Part shown: positions 35,251 to 45,049 of the stretch, piece by piece
Position numbering within the stretch: position 1 is the stretch's first letter
Layout: every line of letters begins with the position of its first letter
Source of the DNA: Candidatus Heimdallarchaeota archaeon
GTDB lineage: Archaea > Asgardarchaeota > Heimdallarchaeia > Heimdallarchaeales > Heimdallarchaeaceae
DNA length: 64,000 bases
Reading direction: 5' to 3'
Assembly: GCA_018238545.1 (NCBI GenBank)
Contig: JABCTC010000011.1
Location: forward strand, 5,245 to 69,244
The notes under the pieces: generated by a model
The model's database searches: none
Seen by the model: only the letters and a program-made list of their open reading frames with translations
What the model was told of the DNA's origin: nothing
Position numbers and translations under genes: made by a program

Positions 35251-35529
35251 ATGTCTAAAAAGGAAAGCCTAAGGCCTACAATCTGTATGTTCCCTTGTCC
35301 AGTTTGTGCAATAGATACAGATGTAGATCTTTTTGAAAAATCTACTCGTTCAACATTTTACTGCAGGGTTTGTGCAAGAGTATATATTTGTAAGCTTCCT
35401 CTTGGTTCAATTCAAGTCGGGGAGAATATTCGATATATTTGTCCTATTGATCATACTGAATTAGAAGAATCTCCTTTTAGAGCAAAAGAAATTGAATTGC
35501 TTATCGAAAAGGCTAAAGAAGGTAAATAG
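35251..35529 (+). CDS. Small zinc-ribbon protein
   Basis: CPVC..x22..CRVC; 92 aa. It ends 18 nt before the deoxyhypusine synthase ATG. Confidence 0.45.
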   Translation: MSKKESLRPTICMFPCPVCAIDTDVDLFEKSTRSTFYCRVCARVYICKLPLGSIQVGENIRYICPIDHTELEESPFRAKEIELLIEKAKEGK

Positions 35530-35547
35530 AACATCACTCTGAGATTG

Positions 35548-36519
35548 ATGAAATCAAAGAAAAACAAATATCCTAGAGTTACTCCAATCGATATAAAAGA
35601 CAAAGATTCTATTACTGATCTTATTGCAGAATTTCACTCTTCTGGAGTTTTTGGTCCAGGTAGAATTGCTAAGGCTGTTGACATCTATACAGAGATGATA
35701 AAACAAAAAGCCACAGTTTTCCTCGGCATAGCTGGAGCTTTAGTACCAGGGGGCATGAGAAAGATTTTGACAGATATGATCACAGAAGGTATGGTAGATG
35801 TTATTGTATCTACAGGAGCAAATGTCACCCATGATTTGATTGAAGCCTTTGGAGGAAAACATATTCGACACGTTCCTTATGAATCAGATCAAGAGTTACG
35901 AGACAAATCTATCGATAGGATATATGATGCATTCGTTGCTGATGAATCATTTATGAAATTGGAAGATAATCTGCAACCTATATTCAAAGAAATATGGGAG
36001 AATAATAAGGATGAAACAAATACTTTGGTAATCTCAACATGTAAACTAATGGAACTAATAGGAGAAAAACTAGATGACGAGGGGTCATTCGTTAAAGCTG
36101 CGTATGATAACAAAGTACCAATTTACGTTCCAGCATTAGCTGATAGTGTCGTAGGACTTCAATTATGGTTATTTTCCCAATTAAATAGAACACTTATAGA
36201 TGATATGGATGACTTAGGTTCAATTCAAAGACTTGCATGGGATTCAGAAAAAGCAGGAGCATTTTTCCTTGGAGGTGGGGTTCCAAAAAACTACATTTTT
36301 CAATCTCGTTTAATGTCTCCAAAGTCATTTGATTATGCAATACAAATTACGATGGACCGTGTAGAAACAGGGGGTTTATCAGGCGCATCACTAGAAGAAG
36401 CAGTCTCTTGGGGAAAAGTAAAATCAGATAGCAGAATGATCAATGTTGTATCAGATATCACAATTGCCTTGCCCTTGATTTTTCAAGCAACATTGACCAA
36501 TCTGAAAAAAGCTGACTAG
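35548..36519 (+). CDS. dys: Deoxyhypusine synthase
   Basis: STGANVTHD, GGGVPKNY, and the catalytic-Lys region EEAVSWGKV. The ATG at 35548 lies one codon inside the track ORF. Confidence 0.8.
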   Translation: MKSKKNKYPRVTPIDIKDKDSITDLIAEFHSSGVFGPGRIAKAVDIYTEMIKQKATVFLGIAGALVPGGMRKILTDMITEGMVDVIVSTGANVTHDLIEAFGGKHIRHVPYESDQELRDKSIDRIYDAFVADESFMKLEDNLQPIFKEIWENNKDETNTLVISTCKLMELIGEKLDDEGSFVKAAYDNKVPIYVPALADSVVGLQLWLFSQLNRTLIDDMDDLGSIQRLAWDSEKAGAFFLGGGVPKNYIFQSRLMSPKSFDYAIQITMDRVETGGLSGASLEEAVSWGKVKSDSRMINVVSDITIALPLIFQATLTNLKKAD

Positions 36520-36564
36520 TACAAAAGTAAGATTATTAATTGAACAATACAAATTTAAGAATAG

Positions 36565-37368
36565 ATGACCAAAAACAATATCTCAACTTTCGTCTCAACT
36601 GAACGTTTATCAGATTTTTTAGTTGACGAAAATTACAAGATACTTGATCTTCGTACTCAAGAGAAATTTGGTCAAGGACACATAGTTGGTTCTATTCATG
36701 TTGACTCAGAATTATTCATAAAAAGGGATGATGAAGGAATCAACATAGTTCCTGAAAAAGGAGTAATTCTTACTGTTTTAAGGGAGAAGGGGGTTAATAA
36801 AGATGATACGCTTATCCTTGTTGATGATGTTTTTAATCTGAATTGTTCTATTGCAGTTTGGGTTTTTCATTACTATGGTTTTTTTAATGTACAACTGTTA
36901 GATGGAGCTTTATCAAAATGGGAAAAGGAAAACAGACAATTAACAACAGAAGTAGCTTTTTATCCCCCTGGTAATATTGATTTCACTGTTGAAAATTCTT
37001 CAATTATTATCACAAAAGATGAAATACTCATGAATATTTATTCGGAGGATTATATATTTGTTGATAATCGATCAGAATATGCCATAAAATATGATCAACA
37101 GGGAGGAACCATTCCTGGTGCTAAACAATTCTTTTATCTTGACATCTTTGAAGAATATCCTGATTATTTCATACTAAGAGATCTTAAAATCATACACAAA
37201 GAGTTACACGAGAAAGAAATAAATGAAGATAAAACTATTATTCTTTTCTGTGAATCAGCACCTCAATCTGCCTTGTTTTATCTGGTTATGAAAGAATTGG
37301 GTTATCCAAATGTTAAACTATATCTAGCTGGATATGAAGAATGGCGAATTATATGCTCGTTTCTCTAA
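36565..37368 (+). CDS. Two-domain rhodanese-like sulfurtransferase
   Basis: Tandem rhodanese-sized halves with the active-site loop CESAPQSA in the second half. Confidence 0.65.
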   Translation: MTKNNISTFVSTERLSDFLVDENYKILDLRTQEKFGQGHIVGSIHVDSELFIKRDDEGINIVPEKGVILTVLREKGVNKDDTLILVDDVFNLNCSIAVWVFHYYGFFNVQLLDGALSKWEKENRQLTTEVAFYPPGNIDFTVENSSIIITKDEILMNIYSEDYIFVDNRSEYAIKYDQQGGTIPGAKQFFYLDIFEEYPDYFILRDLKIIHKELHEKEINEDKTIILFCESAPQSALFYLVMKELGYPNVKLYLAGYEEWRIICSFL

Positions 37369-37380
37369 AACTAACGTTTC

Positions 37381-39213
37381 TTACCTGTTTTGACCAAAGT
37401 ATTTTGCAAGAAAATCTTGACGTAATCCATATATTTGGGTAATTTCTGAATCAATTTCCGCTTCAATTTCTAAGATTTGAGGTTCTATGCCGTCTTTCGA
37501 TTTGTCGAGTAATGAAAGAATTTGTCTTACATACTTAGATACTATAGCTCTTTCACTTATTGGTGGTATGGGAATACCCTTCAATGGAAAGCTGAAAAAT
37601 TCTAGCATTTTCCCTTTTGTTTTACCTGCTTCCCTAAACCAGAAATTAGTAAAACTACTATTGAGAATTCCTAGGATAGCTAAGGTATCTTTCTCATCTT
37701 TAGGAACTATAGCATAGATATCAGTTGCTCCAAAATGCCTCTCCGTATCTAAAGAGAACCTTGGTAATAAGCTTCTGTAGGGACACAGTATTTTTGTTTG
37801 TGATTTGACAAAGGTAGATAGGTTTCGATATACGCTATAATCAAACCATCGTATCTTGTTCTTTTCCATTAGACGTTTTCTATCTGGTCCCATCGTTAAC
37901 AATGATTTGTTTCTAGTAAGATATTTCTGAGTGTTTGGATAATCTGACAATTCAATTATTCTAGATGGCAATATGGCCCTCAATTCTTTCTTTTTTGAGA
38001 TTAACCATCTTTGAACATGTCTATTTGTTACGAAAGGAACTAGAACCTCTTCTTCAATATTATTAATTTTCAGTTCATGTTGATTTAATACAAAAACTTC
38101 TTTTACTCCTGGTGAAAGTCCTTGTGCAATCTTAGCAATATTGCCAAGTTTATCGAAATTGCTATTATTACTAATTTCTTTAATTATAGATAGATATCGG
38201 GATAGAACCCATTTTGTAGCACTGAGTTCGGATGGATTAATAGAAAGATGTTTTGGCAATAACCTACTCGATTTCTTGAGTTCAAAGAAATTTTTAGGAA
38301 GATTCTTTACAAAGTTAAAGTTCTGATTTGGTGGCCTATTCTGTATTGTAAGAATACTTGTCGAGACATTAAGCCATCGACCTTCATCTTTGAAGATTCT
38401 AATACCTTCTAGGTTAATGATTTCCAATATTTGATAACGCAAAATCTCAGATCTTAACAAATCTGCATATTGATTTTCTATCCAATAATTTGGTGTAATC
38501 AAAGAGACAATACCATCGTTTTTTAACAAACTGAGGGATTTCATAATGAAAAAATAATATATGTCTGAAGATGCACGAAATAGATGTTTCCATCGCTTAG
38601 AGGTCTTCAAATAATCAAATAGAAGTTGTGTATCCTCTGTTCTAGTCTCAATTTTTTTTAGATTGAAATATGGCGGGTTACCAACAATTACATCAAAAGA
38701 GTCTATATCACTAAAACTCTCCTCCCAAGAAAACGGTTTCATCTTTGAGATTTGAGTGCTCGAAAACATTTCCTTAGCATCAATATCGACAATACTATTA
38801 CCACATTTCAAATTACCAAATGATTCACCTTGAAAAATGGGATAAGTTTTGGAAATCCGGGTTTTGCATATTTCTAAAGTGTTAGAATTGAGTTCAACAC
38901 CATAAATATTACTTGTTACAAAACGATAAAAAAAGTCCATTTTCAATTTTCCGTCATATTTAGAATAAGATCTTAAAACATTCCAGAGCCATTTCAACAA
39001 CCCTAAAATAAAATTACCAGTTCCAATTGAAGGATCACAGAAACGTAATTTAGAAAGTGTTTCGGTAAATTGTTTATAGTTGCCCAGCTCTATCCTTTTA
39101 GATGAGATTAACTGATTAAATACCTGCTCTATCATAAAATCTACCACTGGAGAAGGTGTGTAGAATTCACCAGTTTTCTTTCTGTGATTCTGATTAAGAT
39201 TCATAGGTTTCAA
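37381..39213 (-). CDS. N6-adenine DNA methyltransferase (gamma class, Eco57I/TaqI-like) with C-terminal target-recognition region; no nuclease domain evident
   Basis: GEFYTPSPVV, CDPSIGTGNF (motif I), VIVGNPPYF (motif IV NPPY). Confidence 0.8.
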   Translation of the reverse strand: MKPMNLNQNHRKKTGEFYTPSPVVDFMIEQVFNQLISSKRIELGNYKQFTETLSKLRFCDPSIGTGNFILGLLKWLWNVLRSYSKYDGKLKMDFFYRFVTSNIYGVELNSNTLEICKTRISKTYPIFQGESFGNLKCGNSIVDIDAKEMFSSTQISKMKPFSWEESFSDIDSFDVIVGNPPYFNLKKIETRTEDTQLLFDYLKTSKRWKHLFRASSDIYYFFIMKSLSLLKNDGIVSLITPNYWIENQYADLLRSEILRYQILEIINLEGIRIFKDEGRWLNVSTSILTIQNRPPNQNFNFVKNLPKNFFELKKSSRLLPKHLSINPSELSATKWVLSRYLSIIKEISNNSNFDKLGNIAKIAQGLSPGVKEVFVLNQHELKINNIEEEVLVPFVTNRHVQRWLISKKKELRAILPSRIIELSDYPNTQKYLTRNKSLLTMGPDRKRLMEKNKIRWFDYSVYRNLSTFVKSQTKILCPYRSLLPRFSLDTERHFGATDIYAIVPKDEKDTLAILGILNSSFTNFWFREAGKTKGKMLEFFSFPLKGIPIPPISERAIVSKYVRQILSLLDKSKDGIEPQILEIEAEIDSEITQIYGLRQDFLAKYFGQNR

Positions 39214-39495
39214 ACAGTTCCTTATCGGGAGTTAACATATTCAATAAAAAAAGGTTTGTTCTCCCTCCCAAAATCCGGTGTATGAAGCTGTGCCACGAAG
39301 TGGAGAGCCATGTCCAAGAGAAGGGAAGATTGATTGCTTTAAAAACCGGTGAATCTAATTGCATTAAGATTGCATATTTTGTCACTTTCTTTACTTGGGG
39401 TTTTTATAGTTTCGTAGAAAAATATCCCCTATTATATCGTTTACATGGAAAATTAATTATCTAAAGTTACTGAACTAAAAAAGAATGGATTAGGT

Positions 39496-41583
39496 TCAGC
39501 AGCTTGCTAAATTAACTAATCTTTCCCATCTTTCGTCTACTGTTTCTTGAATCTCAATTAATTTCTTCTTCCATTCAGGTTTGAACAGATGTCTAAATCT
39601 TCCTTGAAGCTTAAGATAATCCTCAACTGGGACTTTTCTATCAGGATTCTTAGCAATTCTTGCAGATTCTCCTGTTAAAATCCATTCTCCTAGGTAAGTT
39701 CCGTATAGTGGGAAGAAACAAGATTTTACAGCAATTTTAGTGGTTTCTATAGAGATTTCAGGTGCATATCGTTGGCCAAGATTACAAGGTGAATCAACTA
39801 ACAAGAAAGCTGAACCATCGTGTTTCAAGCCAGCTTGAACTTTAGCCATTAAATCTCTGATATAAGCTGGACTTGCAGTAAAAGCAGGAATTTCATGAGC
39901 AGCCATAATTTCAGCCAAAGGTTTAGCCCATTTAATCTTACCAGGGATGACCTTTCCAGGAGGACTTGTTGTAGTAGCAGCACTTTGAGGAGTACCTCCA
40001 GAGCGTTGGATTCCTGTGTTGTGAACTACTATACCATCTGCAATAAAATTATGTTCGTCCTCAACCCTAAGATCAATTGTAGGCTCTTCTCGAATGAAAT
40101 TTATAGAAACTATTTTTTCAGTTTTAAAATTAGGATTGTCAGCGAGGAAATCTCTTTGTTTTATCTGTGAGAGGTACTTTCCTACATTTGGTTCCTTTTT
40201 CCTACTGAAACAGATATATCCATAATTACTATCCTCAAGTAACTTTCTGTACACCACAAACGTACCCTTTTTCTTTTGTTGTTTGTGTATTTTTCCTACA
40301 CGATAATTCATTGTTTGAAGAAGCAATCTCATTGTTTTTAATAGTTCAATGCTTGCAGAAACGTATCTATTGCTTTTGCCGATTGTATAGCCATCTGATT
40401 GTAATAATCCTTTAATCAGGCCTTCTTTTTCTTCCAATGGAAGAGTAAAAATCCACGAAGGAATTTTTTTATTTTTAGCACCCTTTCCAATATCTAACGA
40501 ATCTATAAATTTCGCTAGATTCACTGAATAGATATAGACATCATTTGGATTAACTTCGCTAGGTGTTATTCCAAAAAGTTTCTGAGTAAGTTCTATCAAT
40601 CTTTTTCTTTCTTTTGTATCTTTAGGAATTGAAAAACCAATTTCTGTTTTATGAACTCTAACCCATCCATCACCAATAAATAACCCAAGAAACTCCATGA
40701 GTTCAGGATTGCTTTCTTTTGGTAAAGCAACTTCATTTAGTTTGTTTACTTTGTAATCACCTAATTTGGACATTTTGATTGTTTCAAAAGTATAACTATT
40801 TCCTTCCGCTAAACTTTTTAACACAACTATTTCATCCCCCACATTTAGCTCCCCTAATGTTTTCCAAATTAACTTGTTTTCAATGTTTTTTCTACTTCTT
40901 TGAACTATTAAAAATGGATGGTTAATTGTGGTACGAATTGTGTGATGAAGTGTGTTTAATTCATATATTTTTTTGATTCCATTATCAAATATCCCACTAC
41001 ATTCTTTTAGCACAAGTTCCCCAGATTTTTGGTTAAACGCATAAACTTGGTCACCTATCTTGATATCCGTTACCCGTTTAAGTCCCTCTTCTGTCATAAT
41101 ATGAGTATCTAAACTTAAGCAATTCATGTAAGCTCCATTGTTGTAACAAACGTAGAGGAAGTCATGACCTCGTTCTATAGCTCCAGATAGACTCTGTAAG
41201 CCTATATCATATGTGCCCCCATCACCTCCAAAAATAATCATATTCACATTTCTATCAGGTTTGTTTTGCTTCCTTCTCATAGCTTTCATTGCTTCAATTG
41301 CCCCAGAAGCTGTAGCAGGTGCATTTTCGAAAGCATTATGCAACCAAGGAGCATTCCATGCTGTATAAGGATATATGGTTGTTGCTACTTCTAGACAACC
41401 TGTGGCATTAACAATCATTATTGGGTCACCTAGAGCTTTTGCAGCTAATGTGACTTGTCTTGCCATTATTCCAGCACCACAACCCGAGCATAATCGATGA
41501 CCACTTGTTAATACTTCACCTAGCTTTGACCATTCTTGTAAGTCTTTCACAGATATACTTGGTAATTCTAACATTTTCTTCAC
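39496..41583 (-). CDS. porB: 2-oxoacid (pyruvate-type):ferredoxin oxidoreductase beta (TPP-binding) subunit, interrupted by an intein
   Basis: CSGCGAGI, and the TPP motif [20 protein letters not shown], which continues after the intein as [10 protein letters not shown]. Confidence 0.85.
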   Translation of the reverse strand: MKKMLELPSISVKDLQEWSKLGEVLTSGHRLCSGCGAGIMARQVTLAAKALGDPIMIVNATGCLEVATTIYPYTAWNAPWLHNAFENAPATASGAIEAMKAMRRKQNKPDRNVNMIIFGGDGGTYDIGLQSLSGAIERGHDFLYVCYNNGAYMNCLSLDTHIMTEEGLKRVTDIKIGDQVYAFNQKSGELVLKECSGIFDNGIKKIYELNTLHHTIRTTINHPFLIVQRSRKNIENKLIWKTLGELNVGDEIVVLKSLAEGNSYTFETIKMSKLGDYKVNKLNEVALPKESNPELMEFLGLFIGDGWVRVHKTEIGFSIPKDTKERKRLIELTQKLFGITPSEVNPNDVYIYSVNLAKFIDSLDIGKGAKNKKIPSWIFTLPLEEKEGLIKGLLQSDGYTIGKSNRYVSASIELLKTMRLLLQTMNYRVGKIHKQQKKKGTFVVYRKLLEDSNYGYICFSRKKEPNVGKYLSQIKQRDFLADNPNFKTEKIVSINFIREEPTIDLRVEDEHNFIADGIVVHNTGIQRSGGTPQSAATTTSPPGKVIPGKIKWAKPLAEIMAAHEIPAFTASPAYIRDLMAKVQAGLKHDGSAFLLVDSPCNLGQRYAPEISIETTKIAVKSCFFPLYGTYLGEWILTGESARIAKNPDRKVPVEDYLKLQGRFRHLFKPEWKKKLIEIQETVDERWERLVNLASC
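40018..41121 (-). mobile_element. 368-aa intein with LAGLIDADG homing-endonuclease domain inside porB
   Basis: It starts at Cys155 ([13 protein letters not shown]), ends ..GIVVHN, and is followed by +1 Thr. LAGLIDADG blocks are [10 protein letters not shown] and LLQSDGYT. The exteins rejoin as YMN|TG. Confidence 0.85.
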
Positions 41584-41584
41584 C

Positions 41585-42766
41585 TTAACTCCTATATCCT
41601 ATCCACTCTTGGGTTAATGTTTTCCCTTCTTCGTGGTAAACTTTTGCTTTTTCATAAGCTTCGATAATTTGAGGTAAAGTTAATACTCTTCCACCCAAAC
41701 CATTGATGAATCCATGCAAAGTTGGAACATCTTTTTTACCATATAATGCAGTTGCTATGTCTCCTTGCACAATAGTTCCTGGAGACCCATAAGTTGCAGA
41801 TCTATCGAGAATTGTTGCAGATTTTATTCCCTTCAAAGCATCATAAATATCGTCGATTGGGAATGGTCTATGTAATCTGATTTTTAGTGCTCCAACTTTT
41901 TCTCCTTTCTCTCTTAACTTGTTTACTACTGCTTTAGCATTTCCAGCTGTAGCACCATAAGAGATGAAAGCATGTTCAGCATCTTCGAGCTGGTATTTCT
42001 CGACAATTTCCATTTTTCTTCCAGTTAATTCTGTAAATTCTGCCATTACCTCTTTTGTTACTTTATAGGCATTCTGCATTGCTTCTTCTTGTTGTCTTTT
42101 TATTTCCATGTAGTAATCTTGTAAAACTAAAGATCCAAAAGTCATAACTTCATCAGGACTAAATTTATACTTAACATCTCTTTCAGCTGGGAGAAACTCC
42201 TCAACATCTGTTTTACTCATTGTTTCTACTCTTTCTAGAGCATGTGTAACAATGAAACCTTCAATTCCAAACATTGTAGGTAATTGAACATCTGGGTGTT
42301 CACCTATTTTGAAAGACATTATTGTTTCATCATATGCTTCTTGTGCTGATTCTCCAAAAAGTGAAACCCATGAAGCATCTCTACATACTAGTTGATCAGT
42401 ACATTCTCCATGAATGTTTATTGGCGCACTGAAAGCTCTGTTTGCAACTGCAAGAACAATTGGGCACCTCATTCCTGAAGCAACATATAGAATTTCATAC
42501 ATCAATGCAAGCCCTGCTGAAGCTGTTGCTGTAAAAACTCTTGCTCCTGTCATTGATGCACCTACACAGGCTGACATCGCGGAATGTTCAGACTCTACAG
42601 GAATAAAACTTGTATCTACTTCACCATTATTGACAAAATCACTGTATCTTTCAACGATTATTGTTTGAGGAGTAATTGGATAAGCTGCTAGTACATCAGG
42701 ATTAACTAATTTTACTGCGTATGCAACTGCTTCATCACCAGTCATACCTCTAACTTGTTTTAACAT
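41585..42766 (-). CDS. porA: 2-oxoacid:ferredoxin oxidoreductase alpha subunit
   Basis: N-terminal [18 protein letters not shown], 393 aa, packed between the delta and beta subunit genes. Confidence 0.85.
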   Translation of the reverse strand: MLKQVRGMTGDEAVAYAVKLVNPDVLAAYPITPQTIIVERYSDFVNNGEVDTSFIPVESEHSAMSACVGASMTGARVFTATASAGLALMYEILYVASGMRCPIVLAVANRAFSAPINIHGECTDQLVCRDASWVSLFGESAQEAYDETIMSFKIGEHPDVQLPTMFGIEGFIVTHALERVETMSKTDVEEFLPAERDVKYKFSPDEVMTFGSLVLQDYYMEIKRQQEEAMQNAYKVTKEVMAEFTELTGRKMEIVEKYQLEDAEHAFISYGATAGNAKAVVNKLREKGEKVGALKIRLHRPFPIDDIYDALKGIKSATILDRSATYGSPGTIVQGDIATALYGKKDVPTLHGFINGLGGRVLTLPQIIEAYEKAKVYHEEGKTLTQEWIGYRS

Positions 42767-42772
42767 CCATCA

Positions 42773-43093
42773 TCACCTTGTTAATCTCTTTAATTCTATT
42801 GCATCTGCGGGGCAATGTTTTGCACATATTCCACAGCCTTTGCAATAATTTACATCAACCATCGCTTTCATATCCTCATCCATTTCTATTGCTGCATCAG
42901 GACAGTAATAAAAGCAATTCATACAGCTAATACATTTCGATTTGTCAATTATAGCTTTGAAAGCTGACCAATCACCTGTCTTATATTCATATGCAGTATG
43001 GAAAGGGACCGTTCCACCAATTGGCAGATTTTTGGTTCCCCATTTTTCACTTACCCATTTCTTCAGTTCTTTGGGAGCTTCTTTCTCAACCAT
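42773..43093 (-). CDS. porD: 2-oxoacid:ferredoxin oxidoreductase delta subunit (2 x 4Fe-4S)
   Basis: CISCMNCFYYCP and CKGCGICAKHCP. Confidence 0.85.
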   Translation of the reverse strand: MVEKEAPKELKKWVSEKWGTKNLPIGGTVPFHTAYEYKTGDWSAFKAIIDKSKCISCMNCFYYCPDAAIEMDEDMKAMVDVNYCKGCGICAKHCPADAIELKRLTR

Positions 43094-43654
43094 CTACTCC
43101 ACCTCTTCGTATGCTCGCTTGATTGCTACAACATTTTTTTCTCCCAATACTCCAGGGAATCTTCTAGTTGTCACATCGAGTAAACTTTCTAATTTGACTA
43201 ATTTTGTTACCTTAATTAATGCCCCTAGCATTACGAGATTTGGTACATTGCGACCAATTTCTTCCATAGCTATTTTTGAACCTGCAACTTTGTATATGTT
43301 AGCATGACATCCTTCAAAAAACCTCATTAATGATTCTTTCAGCCCTTCATAATTTACAACAATTGTACCTCCCTCTTTTATTCCATCAGCTACTGGAACA
43401 TCATCTAACAAAGTGGGGTCAATAACCACAACAATATGTGGGTTATATACTTCAGTTTTTTCCGTAAAAGGCTCTGAACATATACGAGCATATGAGGTTA
43501 CAGGCGCCCCTGCTCTCTCTGGTCCAAAGTTCGGAAAAGCATGAACATATTGATTTTCTAAGATTGCTGCTTCAGCTAAAAGACGTGAAGCTGTCACAGC
43601 ACCTTGCCCTCCTCTACCATTCAGTCGGACATCAGTGATTTCTACCAATTTCAT
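43094..43654 (-). CDS. porG: 2-oxoacid:ferredoxin oxidoreductase gamma subunit
   Basis: GRGGQGAVTASRLLAEAA. I prefer the ATG at 43654 (MKLVEI), which is preceded by GAAGGTG; the track ORF extends to 43687. Confidence 0.8.
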   Translation of the reverse strand: MKLVEITDVRLNGRGGQGAVTASRLLAEAAILENQYVHAFPNFGPERAGAPVTSYARICSEPFTEKTEVYNPHIVVVIDPTLLDDVPVADGIKEGGTIVVNYEGLKESLMRFFEGCHANIYKVAGSKIAMEEIGRNVPNLVMLGALIKVTKLVKLESLLDVTTRRFPGVLGEKNVVAIKRAYEEVE

Positions 43655-43769
43655 TACACCTTCAATAAATGAACTTCTTATAAGCACGACAAATACGTAT
43701 AAATTAAACCTTATGCTATGTATCTAAGAGCAATACATCTAGAAGCTTAACATAAAAATCAAAAAGAGG

Positions 43770-44324
43770 TTAGGATAATTCAGCTTTAATAGATTTTTCA
43801 ATCATCATTCTTGTAATTTCGTAATAGATATCATTGATATTCTGACCATTTTTTGCAGAAACTTCATAATAAGGGAGAGTCTTCAACTTAAATTCTTTCC
43901 TTTTCTTCTCTGCATATTCTAAGATATCTTTCTTTTCGACTTCTCTTTGTTCTTGAACATCAGTTTTATTTCCTATCAAGATAGCTGGTAAAATATCTTC
44001 ACACACATCATATACTTCTTTGAACCACTTATCCAGTTGCTCAAAGGATGTTCTATCTGTTATGTCACAAACAACAAGCACACCATAGGACCCCTTGTAA
44101 TATAAAGGTCGTACATACGAAAAACGGTCATGTGATCCTGTATCCCAAGTTTGTAGCTTCACTTTGTTTCCATCAACTTCTATGTCCTTAACAGAAAATT
44201 CTACTCCAATTGTTGGTAGATATCTTTCCCTAAACATACCTGTAGCGAATCTCAAAGTGATAGATGTTTTTCCCACTCCGGGATTTCCAACTATAATCGT
44301 TTTGAACAGGTAGTCAAAAAGCAC
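43770..44324 (-). CDS. Rab-like small GTPase with atypical switch II
   Basis: FDYLFKTIIVGNPGVGKT (G1), YLPTIGVEF (G2), WDTGSHDRF (G3 variant), GNKTD (G4), VSAKNG (G5). No C-terminal Cys. Confidence 0.85.
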   Translation of the reverse strand: MLFDYLFKTIIVGNPGVGKTSITLRFATGMFRERYLPTIGVEFSVKDIEVDGNKVKLQTWDTGSHDRFSYVRPLYYKGSYGVLVVCDITDRTSFEQLDKWFKEVYDVCEDILPAILIGNKTDVQEQREVEKKDILEYAEKKRKEFKLKTLPYYEVSAKNGQNINDIYYEITRMMIEKSIKAELS

Positions 44325-44485
44325 AGTTATTCACTGATTATTTCTATCTCGTTCCTACTTAAATCTATCTAAAGTTGTAGCTAGATAAATATTACTAGAG
44401 TAGTTTTAAGAACGTTCTAAACGTCTCTTATAGATACTTAGTTTATTTCAGATAGGTTTAAATTTTAAAAACCGCACATTATTTT

Positions 44486-45049
44486 GTGAGATTCATAATC
44501 ATATTTGGTCCTCCTGCGGTAGGAAAAATGGCAGTGGGGAAAGAGCTGTCTAAACGAACCGGTTTCAAACTTTTACACAATCATATGACCATCGAATTAC
44601 TAATTCAACTCTTTGACCATGGAACACCAAAGTTTCTCAAACTAAACTCTGAATTTCGAATGAGAATTTTTGAAGAAGCTGCAACTAGTGATTTATCTGG
44701 GTTTATTTTTACATATGTCTGGGACTTAAGTCTACAAGAAGAGAAAGATTATGTCGAACTTATCAGTAATTTATTTCTTAAAAATAAGTGGGAAGTTTAT
44801 TATGTTGAGTTAAAGGCATCTTTAGAAGAGAGATTAAAGCGGAACAAAACCAAGGTTAGGCTTATAGAAAAACCTTCTAAACGTGACACAAAACTATCAG
44901 AAGAACGATTAATTGCTATGGATGCTAAGCATAAAATGAACACAGATGGAGAATTCTATTATCAAAATAATTATTTGAAGATAGTCAACACAGATCTAAC
45001 TGTAGCAGAAACAGTAGAAAAAATTGTAAATGCATTTGGTTTCAGTTAA
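44486..45049 (+). CDS. P-loop NTPase / small-molecule-kinase-like protein
   Basis: GTG start. Walker A is IIIFGPPAVGKMAVGKEL; 187 aa. Confidence 0.55.
   Translation: MRFIIIFGPPAVGKMAVGKELSKRTGFKLLHNHMTIELLIQLFDHGTPKFLKLNSEFRMRIFEEAATSDLSGFIFTYVWDLSLQEEKDYVELISNLFLKNKWEVYYVELKASLEERLKRNKTKVRLIEKPSKRDTKLSEERLIAMDAKHKMNTDGEFYYQNNYLKIVNTDLTVAETVEKIVNAFGFS

Noticed and set aside
39214-39495. Restriction endonuclease partner for the methyltransferase among the small ORFs 39194-39385 and 39282-39464
   Set aside because: They are about 60 aa, mutually overlapping, lack PD-(D/E)xK or HNH motifs, and one overlaps the methyltransferase start.
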